64,000 nucleotides of DNA from Thalia democratica. Its lineage: Eukaryota. Position 1 is the stretch's first letter. Each line of letters begins with the position of its first letter. Both the position numbers and the translations under genes were made by a program. This document shows positions 1 to 10,160 of the stretch, one piece after another. The stretch covers positions 79,050,001-79,114,000 of the forward strand of contig OZ241828.1 in the NCBI GenBank assembly GCA_965202585.1. Direction: 5' to 3'. The notes beneath the pieces are model-generated. The model was not told the origin of the DNA. It saw nothing but the letters and a program-made list of their open reading frames with translations, and ran no database searches.

Positions 1-689
1 TCAAAATATTTACATAATAATGAAATTGTTTAAATATTGTTATAATACGTAAATTACACTACTCTGAATTGTAGGAACTTGAAATGTTGTGGATTTCATT
101 TAATCAGTGGATGTAAATAAAATTCGATATGGAAATGAAACAATGAAGATGAATTAACACTACAGTAACGTTTTAAGATTTAAATATATTAAAATTCAAA
201 AAGAATTTAATTAATAAACAATACAATTTATAAACTCTAATGACAAGCTGAACTAATGAGTTGCCAGTAACTTAAAGTAATGATTTTTCTTAATGGTTAT
301 AAAATTATCTACTTTAGATAGCCAACATTTTTGGGTTCATCTTGGTTTTAACAAGTTGGTCTTATTTGATAGAGTTTTATCTGAACTATCAGACATTTTT
401 GATTGCTTGAAAAAATTTAAAGTAATTTTTGTGATCAAAGTTGGTGACCTCAATAGGTTCCAATGGAAAGGGCAAACTAAAAAAACTAAAAGACCATTTC
501 ACTAATAATTTATCTCCTCCTTCATTATCTGAGCAATCTTTTACAATTTTACACAGAAAGTCTATTATTAAATTTTAAAATGATTGACTGCAGGAATTTG
601 TTTTAATTTTGAAATATAAAACTTTTATTAATTAAAAACCACCTACTTTTTTGCTTTTTTTATTTAAAGTTTTTAGTTTTTAATATTTT

Positions 690-975
690 TAAAATTGCAA
701 TAATTAAAAACTATATAAAAAACGTTTCCTGAAAGTTTGAGGTCTCTAGTTAAATAAATGAAGGAGAAGATAGATTTTTAGTGATTTTTTTTTAATTTTA
801 GAGAAAGTGACACTAAAAAACTTGCAATTTTATTATAAATATTACAATATCTCAAAAGTAAAATAAGATTTTCTTTGTTCTAAATAAATTGGCTTGTAGT
901 ATGTACTTAAAGCTTACAATTAAGATCCAATGTTATTTTTATTTATAAAAATGTTGGACCCCTATCCCCTTAAGT
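690..975 (-). mobile_element. Possible terminus of a non-autonomous DNA transposon (Kolobok-like)
   Basis: Minus strand reads TTAA-GGGGATAGGGG... with subterminal GAGACCTCAAACTTTCAGGAAA; TTAA target plus RR start resembles Kolobok ends. Partner end not identified. Confidence 0.28.
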
Positions 976-1826
976 GACTTGATTAAATGAAACCCAATAA
1001 AAATATCTTAGATCTTTAATTTGAGGGACTCTTTTGTTACATTAAGGACTAGTAATTATTAGAGGGTTACTAAAGGTTTTCAGTAAGCTTTTCCAAGTTT
1101 TAAAAAATTTCTTCTAGGTTTTAAAATAAAATTTTCTGGGTCCATTTTTAGTATAATATCAAATTAGAAGTAAAAAAACATCTTAATTAGTATAAAAACA
1201 CTAAAAAGATATTGTAAAGCTAGGTTAAAAGTGTTTTGTAACAAAATAAAAAATTATACTTTCAAAATACTTAATCTTTATGACAGATTTTTTGTATCAA
1301 ACCAAAATTCCAAAACTTTACATATTGAATATTCAAATAATTGTTTTTTAGAATCAGAATAGTTTAAGTATATAAGTATATATTTTATAAACATTACTAT
1401 ACAAATTATTTAAAATCAAAATTTTGATTACTTTAAATTAGTAACTACAAAACTTCCAACCAGTAGAATAATAGTATCATTAATACTAAGCATTTAACAA
1501 CAATCTTGCAAAGTATTGCTTGTTTAAATGAAGTATAATTAAATCACATATAAAACTGTTTGCATACAATTTTTTTTAAATGCAGCTTTATGAGATACCA
1601 ATAAATAGTGTAAAACTTTTAAGGTAAGATCTTCCTTTTCACAAAAAGTAGCCTCTGATTTAAATAAAAATATTTTAATAGTCTTAGTTTTTTTATTCAA
1701 AGAAAAAAAAAGCCTGATTTAAGCATATAAGCTGTTTTATTTTAACTAATCTGAGTCTCAAACATAGTTCTCTAGCCTAAGTTAGCCTAAAGAATCTTCC
1801 TAAAATCTAAAAGGAGTTCTTGTAAA

Positions 1827-2187
1827 AGGGTGGCCACACTTTGAGTCACAAAAACAACTGTCTTGATTGGCTTAAAACTGTCCTGATTCATCCTGAGTTT
1901 TTTCCAAACCTTCATACCAAAAATAATAAGAATTTAAAATTGTTAAAAAACAAGTTCTTGAAAAAATTGGTTATAAAATAGCATAATTTTGACAATAATT
2001 CTCTTTTAAAATCTAGAAAATAATCTGGCCTTAGATTAATTACAAATTTAAACCTAAAATTATCTTTATTTTTAATTAAGAAACAGAGTCAGCCTAAGTT
2101 TAAAAATCAAATTCAAAAACCTGAGCTACCCTGAGTAATTCTGAGATTTAAAAATTCATCAAAATATTCTGAGTTAGTGGCAATATT
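1827..2187. mobile_element. MITE-like element (copies at ~22,714-23,072 and ~54,713-55,071)
   Basis: Starts agggtggccac, ends gtggcaatatt (degenerate inverted ends); clusters of cctga/ctgag motifs near both ends. Confidence 0.33.
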
Positions 2188-3081
2188 ATAATTTTCTCAA
2201 GTTTGTCTCACTTACATTAGAACACTGTACCTTAATTGTAAACACAATAAACAATATTATAAAAATTTTAAATCTTAATTTTTAACAACTTATTTTAGGT
2301 TTATGAAAATGATTATAGTTAGCTTAGTTACTTACAGATAAAGCATAACTCTTACCTTGAGGAGAACTTCTTTTTGATTGTTTATCTTTATCATTGTGGC
2401 TGAACAGGTTTTACATAAAATATTAGAGCATTGCGCGCGAAAGTAAGTATTAAGTAAATTTTTTAAATAGAAAACCAGGGACAAGTTCGTTTAATAAATA
2501 CCAGTGTTTTTTAAAGTGTTTCTTATTTAATTCACAACTCACAAGTTTATAAATATTTATACTTTTCATACTTAACATTTTTTTAAGTTTTCAACAATAG
2601 TTTTCCTAACTTTTTAAACAATTTAAACCGTACATTGTTTAATAAAAAAGATTCAATTTGTAGTTTACTATTAAACAAATACTACGAAAATAAAAAGTAC
2701 AAGTAGCTGTATACTTAAACTTCGCATTTTTTTATATTCGCTTTTTTAATTATTTTCAATCCATAAAGTAATAAAAAATTATAATTATCTCTAAATTAAA
2801 TTATTTTTCAAACTTTAAGATAATTAAACATTTTTTGACACTATAAAAAATTCTTTCAAACAATATTAAAAAGACTTAATTTTTCAGAAAAAAATATATT
2901 TCATGCTTTTTTCGTCAGATGTATACTAAGCAATAAAAATAAAATTTCAAATCTAGCTTATATAGTGAAAATGCAATCAACGTAGTTAATGATAAAGCAA
3001 AGAGTAACAAACAATACATAAGTACTTCTAATTACAATGCAACTAAAAAATTTAAAAAATTAGTAAAATATGAGCAACATC

Positions 3082-3450
3082 TTATAAAACAATTGAAGAA
3101 AACAACAAAACAGTATAATCCAACTTTTTATGTTTACACAACTTAGGTTTTTTTAACAAAATACAAATAGCCTCAAGTTTAATTAAATCAGAATTGTGAA
3201 AACAATTTTTAATAATTTTAAATCTTTTTAAGTTATAATTACTACCACATTCAAGGTTATTTACTAAGTGTTCAGCAATAGCAATTTTTGAAACATTTAT
3301 TACTCTAATAGATTTAATTTTCTTATTATTTATACAAAATTCATCGATATTTTTTGGAATATGTTCCTTTATTTTTTTGCCAAATTGTTTGACTTCGATG
3401 TACAAATTGATGTACTTCGAAATCTATATGAACTAAGCTCTGTATGTACA
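3082..3450 (-). mobile_element. 3' fragment of a Penelope-like element (GIY-YIG endonuclease C-terminus) in the GH1 intron, antisense to the gene
   Basis: ORF YIEVKQFGKKIKEHIPK...IAIAEHLVNNLECGSNYNLKRFKII...LIKLEAICILLKKPKLCKHKK matches the PLE endonuclease pattern YIG.T.R...RIKEH...AIAEHL..N..C...F.I.....L...E...I....P.LC.Q. Confidence 0.75.
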
Positions 3451-4532
3451 GTATTAAGATTCAAACTTTATAGTTTATTTTAAATTGTAATTCGCTTATC
3501 TTACTCATAATGTTTTGCATGTATAAAAAAATCAAGTTTCAAGTTTAAGAAAGTTTTTTTTTAATAAAATAAAAAAAATACAATTTAAATTTAAACAAAC
3601 TCTTCAAAAATTTAAGCTTCAAGTTATTGTGTGAACTAAACGTATTTTGTCATTTTTAAAGATTAATTTTTGTTGTTAAAATAAGATTGAAAGATAATTT
3701 ATAAAGTATATTATAAACTGATAACTATATATTTAATATAACCAACAATATAAAAATATAACTTATAGTAATAGAATTCGATAACTATACAAAAACGACA
3801 TAAATTGTAATATATTTTAATAAAAACTTTATTTTAAAACTTATAAACTATGAAATGTTTCATACAGACAATTAATACAAGGTAAGTTACGTATATTTAT
3901 TCTTTTTAGTATTTATAAACTTATAACTTTAATTTTTTAAGAAATTCAATTGAAAATTTACTAGTAACTACTCAATTGCCTGAATACAATGACTAATATT
4001 GTGTATAATATTTTTTATCTAAACATTTGTATTAGTGTGTAAATTTATTATTGTTTTTTTAAATTCGATAGCCGATAAACTGAATTTATAAATATTGTTG
4101 TCTTTTAGTCAGCTAAGTCAATATAGTACTTTTAACCATATTCACAATAACATTATTTTCCTATTTTTACACTGTCAACTGTCATGTATTTATATACTAA
4201 AAGTCTTTACCAAATTGCAAGTCAAACCTGAATTTTAAGACATTGATGGTACTATTTATCAGTAAAGTCAATACCGTAGTTTTAATAAAAATTATCATTA
4301 AACCGTTTTATTAATACTCAAGAGCCAAATGTCGATTATCGCTCAAGGAAATTATATTTAGTATTTTTTTCAAAATTAGTATTTTTTTATTTGATAACAA
4401 ACCTTTCTTCCAAGACACTGATCGGTGAAATGTAGTTTCAATAAAGTTTATCTTTAAACCGTTTTATTAATACTCGAGTGTCAAATATCGAAGATTGCTA
4501 AGGGAAATTATGTTTAGTAATTTTTTTCCAAG

Positions 4533-4781
4533 ACACTGATCGATGAAAGATCGGCCCAGCAGGGATTGTCGGAATCACGACTGCCCTCGTTCACCTCCGA
4601 AGAGAAGGACATGATAAGGGGATCTTCGGACTTCTTCGGTCTCAACCACTACACCACCAACCTCGCCTACAACACTTTCAAACCCGCCAGCGGTGACGTG
4701 GTTGGTTACTATGACGACAGGGAGTGCGGCAACCAGAACGATTACACGTGGCCCACAGCCAAATCCGTTTGGTTGTTCGAG
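4533..4781 (+). CDS. GH1 beta-glucosidase / lactase-phlorizin-hydrolase-like gene, first exon visible in the window (upstream exons not found here)
   Basis: Acceptor ttttttccaag|ACA and donor GAG|gtaact. Translates TLIDERSAQQGLSESRLPSFTSEEKDMIRGSSDFFGLNHYTT...WLFE; SRLPxFT and DFFGLNHYTT are typical GH1/LPH motifs. GC-rich against an AT-rich background. Confidence 0.92.
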
Positions 4782-5149
4782 GTAACTGTTTTTTTTTATG
4801 GAATTCACAGTAAATGATTTATATATGTTATAATTAATTAACTTATCTTATCTTTAAAAAAAGTACTGCATAGGTATGATTTATAAAAAATTAAACAACC
4901 TTGATAGTTTGATTATTTAATGTTTTTTATATCTGTTCAAACAAACAGCACATATACGCTTCTAAATTTTAAGGAAGTATGTACACTCACATCAATTTTT
5001 AAAACTTTTAGTTAACCTTATGTACATATTTATTTAATCCGATTTTAAAAAAATCAAAAGAGAAAAATATAATTTTGTTTAAAGTTATACCAGAGAACCA
5101 AAACAATCAGATACTATTTAAGAACACGTCTTAAACAATATTCAAAAAG

Positions 5150-5315
5150 GTCCCGTGGGGAGTGAGACGGCTGCTGAACTACATCAAAGAAAAATACAAC
5201 GACCCGGAAATTATAATCACCGAGAACGGAGTTTCTGAAGGGGGAGATTCCCATGAACTGGACGATTATTGGAGGAAGGAGTATTACGTCGGTTACCTCA
5301 ACGAAGTTCTTAAAG
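5150..5315 (+). CDS. GH1 gene exon containing the catalytic nucleophile motif ITENG
   Basis: caaaaag|GTC CCG TGG GGA...AAA G|gttttg; VPWGVRRLLNYIKEKYNDPEIIITENGVS...YLNEVLK; phase 0 in, phase 1 out, consistent with neighbours. Confidence 0.93.
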
Positions 5316-5630
5316 GTTTTGAAATAATTTCTTATTTAGGTATTGTATTAAAATATGTGTTGAAGGCTTTATGACATTTTTTTTCATTTGTTTTAAGTAT
5401 TTACCTTGTATTTAACTTGACAATTATTTATAACTATTTTGTTTATATTGTTCTAACTTAACGAATTGATGAATTTCTTTACTTTGTTTATACAAAATAT
5501 GCTATATTTTACTCTAGTTTGATTTATTTAAAGTTTAAACTCTGACTAGAATCATAATAGGTTTTAAAGAACTCTACAAAAATAAACAATACTAACTACT
5601 TAAACTTTGTTTACGACTAAGAACACATAG

Positions 5631-5804
<174 letters not shown>

Positions 5805-6130
5805 TAAATAAATAACAAATCACTTTTTTTAAAACATATCTTGTCTAGAACATTTATATTTTCATAATATTACAGACTTAATAAATTAATTTGTGATTTT
5901 ATATCGTTTTACAACTCGAATGTTTATACTATCTACTTCTTAGCTCAATTATAAAAAACTCGCTAAGCATTGTTAAATTACTTGTTGCTTTTACAAAAAA
6001 GTAAAAACTTGGTGTTCTTTGTTCATCAAGTTTTTTATTACTTTATGTTTTTATTTTTCATTGATTTTAAATTGTTTATGCTATTTAATCGTTGAATTAT
6101 TTTTATCAAAATCGATATTTCTTCCCAAAG

Positions 6131-6288
6131 GTTCGGCATGCACTGGTTGAACTTCAGCGACCCTCAGCTGACGAGGGTGGCGAAACAATCGGTTGAATGT
6201 TACAAGCAGATTGTGAGGGAAAACAAATTTCCGTCGGGTGGCGTCGAAGAGCTGCAATATTGCGAAAGAAACGTCAACCTCGACCCTG
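6131..6288 (+). CDS. GH1 gene exon (RFG motif, end of TIM barrel)
   Basis: cccaaag|G TTC GGC ATG CAC...CCT G|gttggt; (R)FGMHWLNFSDPQLTRVAKQSVECYKQIVRENKFP...LDP. Confidence 0.9.
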
Positions 6289-6644
6289 GTTGGTTATAGA
6301 CTTTGTTCAAGCATAGTTTGACTTTTAACAACCATTTTAACTAAGTAGCAAGTTTTTGTACAATCTTACAACAGTTTATTTTTTGTAATTTTGTTCTTAT
6401 AATATTTTATGGGTAAAATTTTAATCTATTTTTAGTGCTCAACTTGATTTTTAAGAAGCCAAACTGAGTTAAACGATTTAAATGATGCTTATGTTAGTGT
6501 ATTTTTGGTAAAAAATGATTTATAAACAACGTAAATTTCTCAAATTACCTTTGAAACAAGAACTTGGAACATTTGAAAATGAAAAAGTGCTGTATTTGGG
6601 ATCAATAATGTTATACTTAAAATCATTTCAACCTCATTTTACAG

Positions 6645-6809
6645 TACTTCCTCCTGAGAAACCTGACGGTGGCGAGGTCGGTGAGGTGTTTTCAGTGAAT
6701 TTCCTTGGCAACGAGCTTGATTCAGATTCAGCCCTGACCGCGTTGAACGCGTTGTTTGGTGTTTCTATTGCTCTCTTCTGCATGTTCATATTTGGATCAA
6801 TTTATTCAG
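6645..6809 (+). CDS. GH1 gene exon encoding stalk and transmembrane helix
   Basis: ttacag|TA CTT CCT...TCA G|gtaatt; ...FLGNELDSDSALTALNALFGVSIALFCMFIFGSIYS, a hydrophobic stretch resembling the LPH FLG..ALYVLF anchor. Confidence 0.85.
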
Positions 6810-7300
6810 GTAATTGTTACTGAATTTATTTTGAAAAATTTGTGATATAGTTTGATAATCAAAAAACAGATTTTGTCAGAAATACTTTATTAAAATATTT
6901 AAGTTAGTAGTTATTAAATAAACAAGAGTTACCTGATGTGTTGATACAATTTCAATTAACAAATTAGTTTTATAAAGTTTAAAACTTAATTGTAAGGTTT
7001 TATTAAACTTAATTTTACACGTATATTAAAAAAAGTATAACTGTAAACTTTGATAACATAAGTTTTTTAATGGTGTTTATATACGATAGAGAAACAGTTT
7101 GTACTGTCTATTAATAAAATAAAAATGATATGCTATTTGATTTATTGTTGAACAACTTATATTTTACTTCAATTTAATTTAACAAATTTATTCAGTAATT
7201 TATATATACAATAACTACTAGAAAAATTGAAGTTATGATGTTATTTGTTACTTATTAAACTTTTATACTACTTGTATGACAACAATTTGTTTATATTTAG

Positions 7301-7386
7301 GATACAAAATAAAGAAAGCAAAAAAGTCAAAGAGGTACAGAGAAGATCTTCACGGTAAAGAAAACGTCAGTATGTCTGCTATTTAA
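7301..7386 (+). CDS. GH1 gene terminal exon (basic stop-transfer cytoplasmic tail)
   Basis: atttag|GA TAC AAA ATA AAG...ATT TAA; (G)YKIKKAKKSKRYREDLHGKENVSMSAI*, phase-compatible, Lys/Arg cluster right after the TM helix. Confidence 0.8.
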
Positions 7387-7470
7387 AACCTTTATGACGT
7401 AATATTTCGCACAGTTTTTTTTTTATACTCTTTATTTGTTTACTTTTTTTTTTGTTGGTTTTTTGTCTTT

Positions 7471-7476
7471 AATAAA
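7471..7476 (+). promoter_or_regulatory. Probable polyadenylation signal of the GH1 gene
   Basis: AATAAA 85 nt after the stop codon, after a U-rich tract; the motif is common in AT-rich DNA. Confidence 0.4.
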
Positions 7477-8949
7477 CTTGTTATAAATTTTAGCCTTTCT
7501 ATTGTGATACATACAAAGACTTTTATATACAATATTTTAAATTAACATTGCATTTTACTAAGGAAGGGTGGCGTCGTTTCAGATGTGGTAAAAAATAGAT
7601 CCTTGCGGGCCAAATCATTTTAACCTTATTCTATTTATATAACATTTATAATAATTTCATAACTATTTAGTCGAAAATTGCTCAAAGTTCTTATTTCTTT
7701 AACAAATGAGAAAAAGAATTGAACTTTTTAATAATTTATCAAGTGTAATTTTTAGCTTCATTGAAACTGTACCGAGATCTTTCTTTTATCTATCCACATT
7801 AAGCCTAGAATGTCTAGTGTAAGTATTAGAGTTAACATAGCCAGGTTTACACGTTCTCTGGCTGCAGATTTACTTATTGCGGGCTGTGTTATCTGCAACT
7901 TTGTTAACATTTGCGGGCCTGTCATATATATTATGCAGTACTAGTTTAAAGCTTTAAACGAACACGTTTGAAAAATGATAACTTATATAACATTTTTTAC
8001 GTAAAAGTTGAAAGACTTTAGTTTTTGTTCAGTTTATCGTTTAAATACTACATTTAGGGTTATTTAAATTAAATAAATAAAATACTGAGCTTAGTAAACT
8101 TTCACTAATATGACTAGTTTGAACATTAGAGTTATGTTTTTCAAACATATTTTCAAAGGTATTAAAAATTTACTTTTTACATTCTAAAATTAAGTATTGC
8201 TACAAAATCTAGAGATGCAATATTTAAACTTATCATTTAATATGAGATTACTTAGTAAATAACAAAAAGGTGATTAATTCTTTACTTCTTAAAAATTAGA
8301 AAGTAAAACAAAATAAATAGGATAAAATCTTAAATAGTCTTACTTTGTATATAAGATTCACTCAAGCTTTTTACATCTTTATTTTCATAACATTGTTGTC
8401 TATTTCTTTTCAGCATATTGATAAACTTGTTGATATTAGCATGATATGTACTTGCTTTAAAAAAAAAAAACTAATTCAGAAAATTTCTATCTATTTATTT
8501 TATATGTGTTTCTTTCAAAGACTCATAACTAAAATATTTGTATTTATTTTGTTGTTTTTTCACTGGCTTACTTGTCTAAAATCATAATTGTTTGAATAAT
8601 AAAACCAGTGGTCGCCTTCTTTAGATATCATATCCATCAATAAATAAACAAGTTTCAGCACTCTTTGATAGAAATCAGATTTTAATATCATCAAAAAAAA
8701 GTATAGTTATTTAAAACGTTTACATTCAGTATTAAAATAATATTTTTAATCTAAGTGCGTACTTAACGCAAATGCGTACCTCTTAGTGTCCTTATCGATG
8801 TGCGTAGTGTAGTTGGTAAACAAATAAAGAGTATAAGATAGAAGTTAAGTAATGGTTTAAACAAGTAAATGTTATGAAAGAAGGTAGAAACATTTTTGAC
8901 TCTCTTGAGGTAGCCTTATACAAGTTTTTAAACACCAACATTTGAGCAT

Positions 8950-9585
8950 CATACGCGTATGCATAGTATTACACTATTAAGAGAGTGCTTTCACTCTGAA
9001 AAACGACAAGCTGACGACCTAGTCAGCTTAGGGATTTTATAATGCAAAGGTTATTGAAGAAAAGCCTAGACGTCGAGGCGGGTAGACGTCGTCAAGGCGG
9101 GTTAACTGGCAGTGTTTTTGCAGGCATATAGGTTATAGCTTGATTCGACGTGGCCGTCGACTCAAGCTGGCATCGAAAGAGCGCAGCTAAGCGTTAAAGG
9201 TCGTATAGCAGACCTCATTTAGTAAGTAGCGAGGGAAGGTGAAGCGAGAGCAAGGCAGGTACCGTCCTAAGCAAGCCATTGAGCATAAAAGCCGGTCTCT
9301 CGGAAGGCAGTTTATAAACGAGCTCTGACATGATTCAGCCCAGAAAAAAGTCTGTTTGAGTGCAGTATGATTGATTAAAGCATTTCTAGAGGTGAAGGTT
9401 CGGCCGGGGCGACTGAAGCAGAGTAGGCGAGATACTAGAAAATGCTAAGGCGAATCACTCAAAATGTAACAAGTAAAAAATCGGCTTAATCTCAATTAAG
9501 CTTTGAAAGTCAGAGGTCAGTAGAAGCGAAATGTTTTGCAAGGGAAGCAGGAGCTCCGAGAAAGCAATTGTAATAGAGGGGGGAG
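8950..9585 (+). other. GC-rich, purine-skewed, hairpin-rich non-coding block ending in polypurine tract AGAGGGGGGAG (copy 1)
   Basis: Stem-loops at 8982-8997, 9008-9029, 9137-9168 and 9379-9389/9435-9446; direct repeat tagacgtcg..aggcgggt x2; no ORF conserved across copies; PPT at 9575-9585 immediately followed by TGT. Confidence 0.7.
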
Positions 9586-9646
9586 TGTTTTTTAGAAAAA
9601 GTTGTTGAAAATGAAATGTTGGGTTGTAGGAAGGGTCAGTAGAATG

Positions 9647-9752
9647 TAGAAAGAAAAGTTGAAAAAAATTTGAGCAAAAAAGGCCTCCGAATTCGCCCGC
9701 GGGCGAATTCGGAGGCCTTTTTTGCTCAAATTTTTTTCAACTTTTCTTTCTA
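9647..9752. repeat. 106-bp perfect palindrome with no spacer (copy 1)
   Basis: TAGAAAGAAAAGTTGAAAAAAATTTGAGCAAAAAAGGCCTCCGAATTCGCCCG|CGGGCGAATTCGGAGGCC...TTTCTA; centre 9699/9700; checked base by base. Confidence 0.98.
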
Positions 9753-9762
9753 TGTTTTTTTC

Positions 9763-10000
9763 AAAGGCGTTCGACGAAAGTCGGATGCCTTTTTTTTACC
9801 CAAAGTTTTTTTCAATATTTTTTCAAAGGCGTTCGACGAAAGTCGGATGCCTTTTTTTTACCCAAAATTTTTTTCAATATTTTTCAAAGTCGTTCGACGA
9901 AAGTCGGATGCCTTTTTTTTTTACCCAAAATTTTTTGTTATATTTTTTCATAGGCGTTCGACGAAAGTCGGATGCCTTTTTTTTATCCAAAATTTTTTTT
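9763..10000 (+). repeat. Tandem array of 4 x ~62-bp units, each a 30-nt GAAA-tetraloop hairpin plus oligo-T
   Basis: AAAGGCGTTCGAC-GAAA-GTCGGATGCCTTT starting at 9763, 9825, 9886, 9950; spacers are near-identical T-rich sequence. Confidence 0.96.
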
Positions 10001-10160
10001 AAAGTATACCACAGTAATGACTTTTTTTCGATTATAATGATGTCTTAAGTTTTGAACGGTGCTGCCGAATAGTTAGCATCGTCTTTCTTACAAATTTTTA
10101 ATAAGGTTTGTTGGGGTTTCTAAATTTAATCTATCAATAGCCTTAACAGAAAAATATATT

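Larger units (their letters stand above)
1..2815 (+). repeat. Diverged copy of a >=2.8 kb segment also at 20,885-23,695 and 52,884-55,694
   Basis: Colinear by eye from position 1 (aaaatatttacataataatg) to ~2,815 (ctctaaattaaatt), with frequent substitutions and small indels; left boundary lies outside the window. Confidence 0.92.

Noticed and set aside
293-505. Short AT-rich ORFs from the track (293-505, 8345-8587, 17493-17675, 18736-18948, 20188-20370, 21311-21499, 26413-26616, 31944-32228 and duplicates)
   Set aside because: Background composition, no motifs or splice support, and not conserved in frame between diverged repeat copies where such copies exist.
8800-8865. tRNA/SINE-like A box (TAGTGTAGTTGG) with weak B box (ggtttaaac)
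   Set aside because: No cloverleaf; the B-box-like motif is not kept in unit 2.
8964-8972. CRESS-virus nonanucleotide TAGTATTAC (TAATATTAC in unit 2) at the edge of the structured block
   Set aside because: No flanking stem placing it in a loop, no Rep ORF, and the motif is expected by chance in such AT-rich DNA.
9011-9095. Possible hammerhead (CTGACGA followed by ccta/tagg stem)
   Set aside because: Followed by GATT rather than GAAA, no compatible stem I or III, and CTGACGA is sequestered in the aagctgac/gtcagctt hairpin.
9689-9710. GAATTCGCCC..GGGCGAATTC resembles TOPO/TA vector cloning-site flanks
   Set aside because: No other vector sequence; the motif is embedded in a 106-bp palindrome whose arms derive from the local 62-bp repeat and recurs in three diverged genomic contexts.
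9763-10000. CRISPR-like periodicity (30-nt palindromic repeat plus ~32-nt spacer)
   Set aside because: Spacers are near-identical to each other, there are no cas genes, and the context is eukaryotic and intron-containing.
9670-10048. Phe-rich ORFs over the palindrome and hairpin arrays (also 30,621-31,050 and 62,655-63,095)
   Set aside because: By-products of T-rich tandem repeats with TTG starts; length tracks repeat number; no protein-like features.
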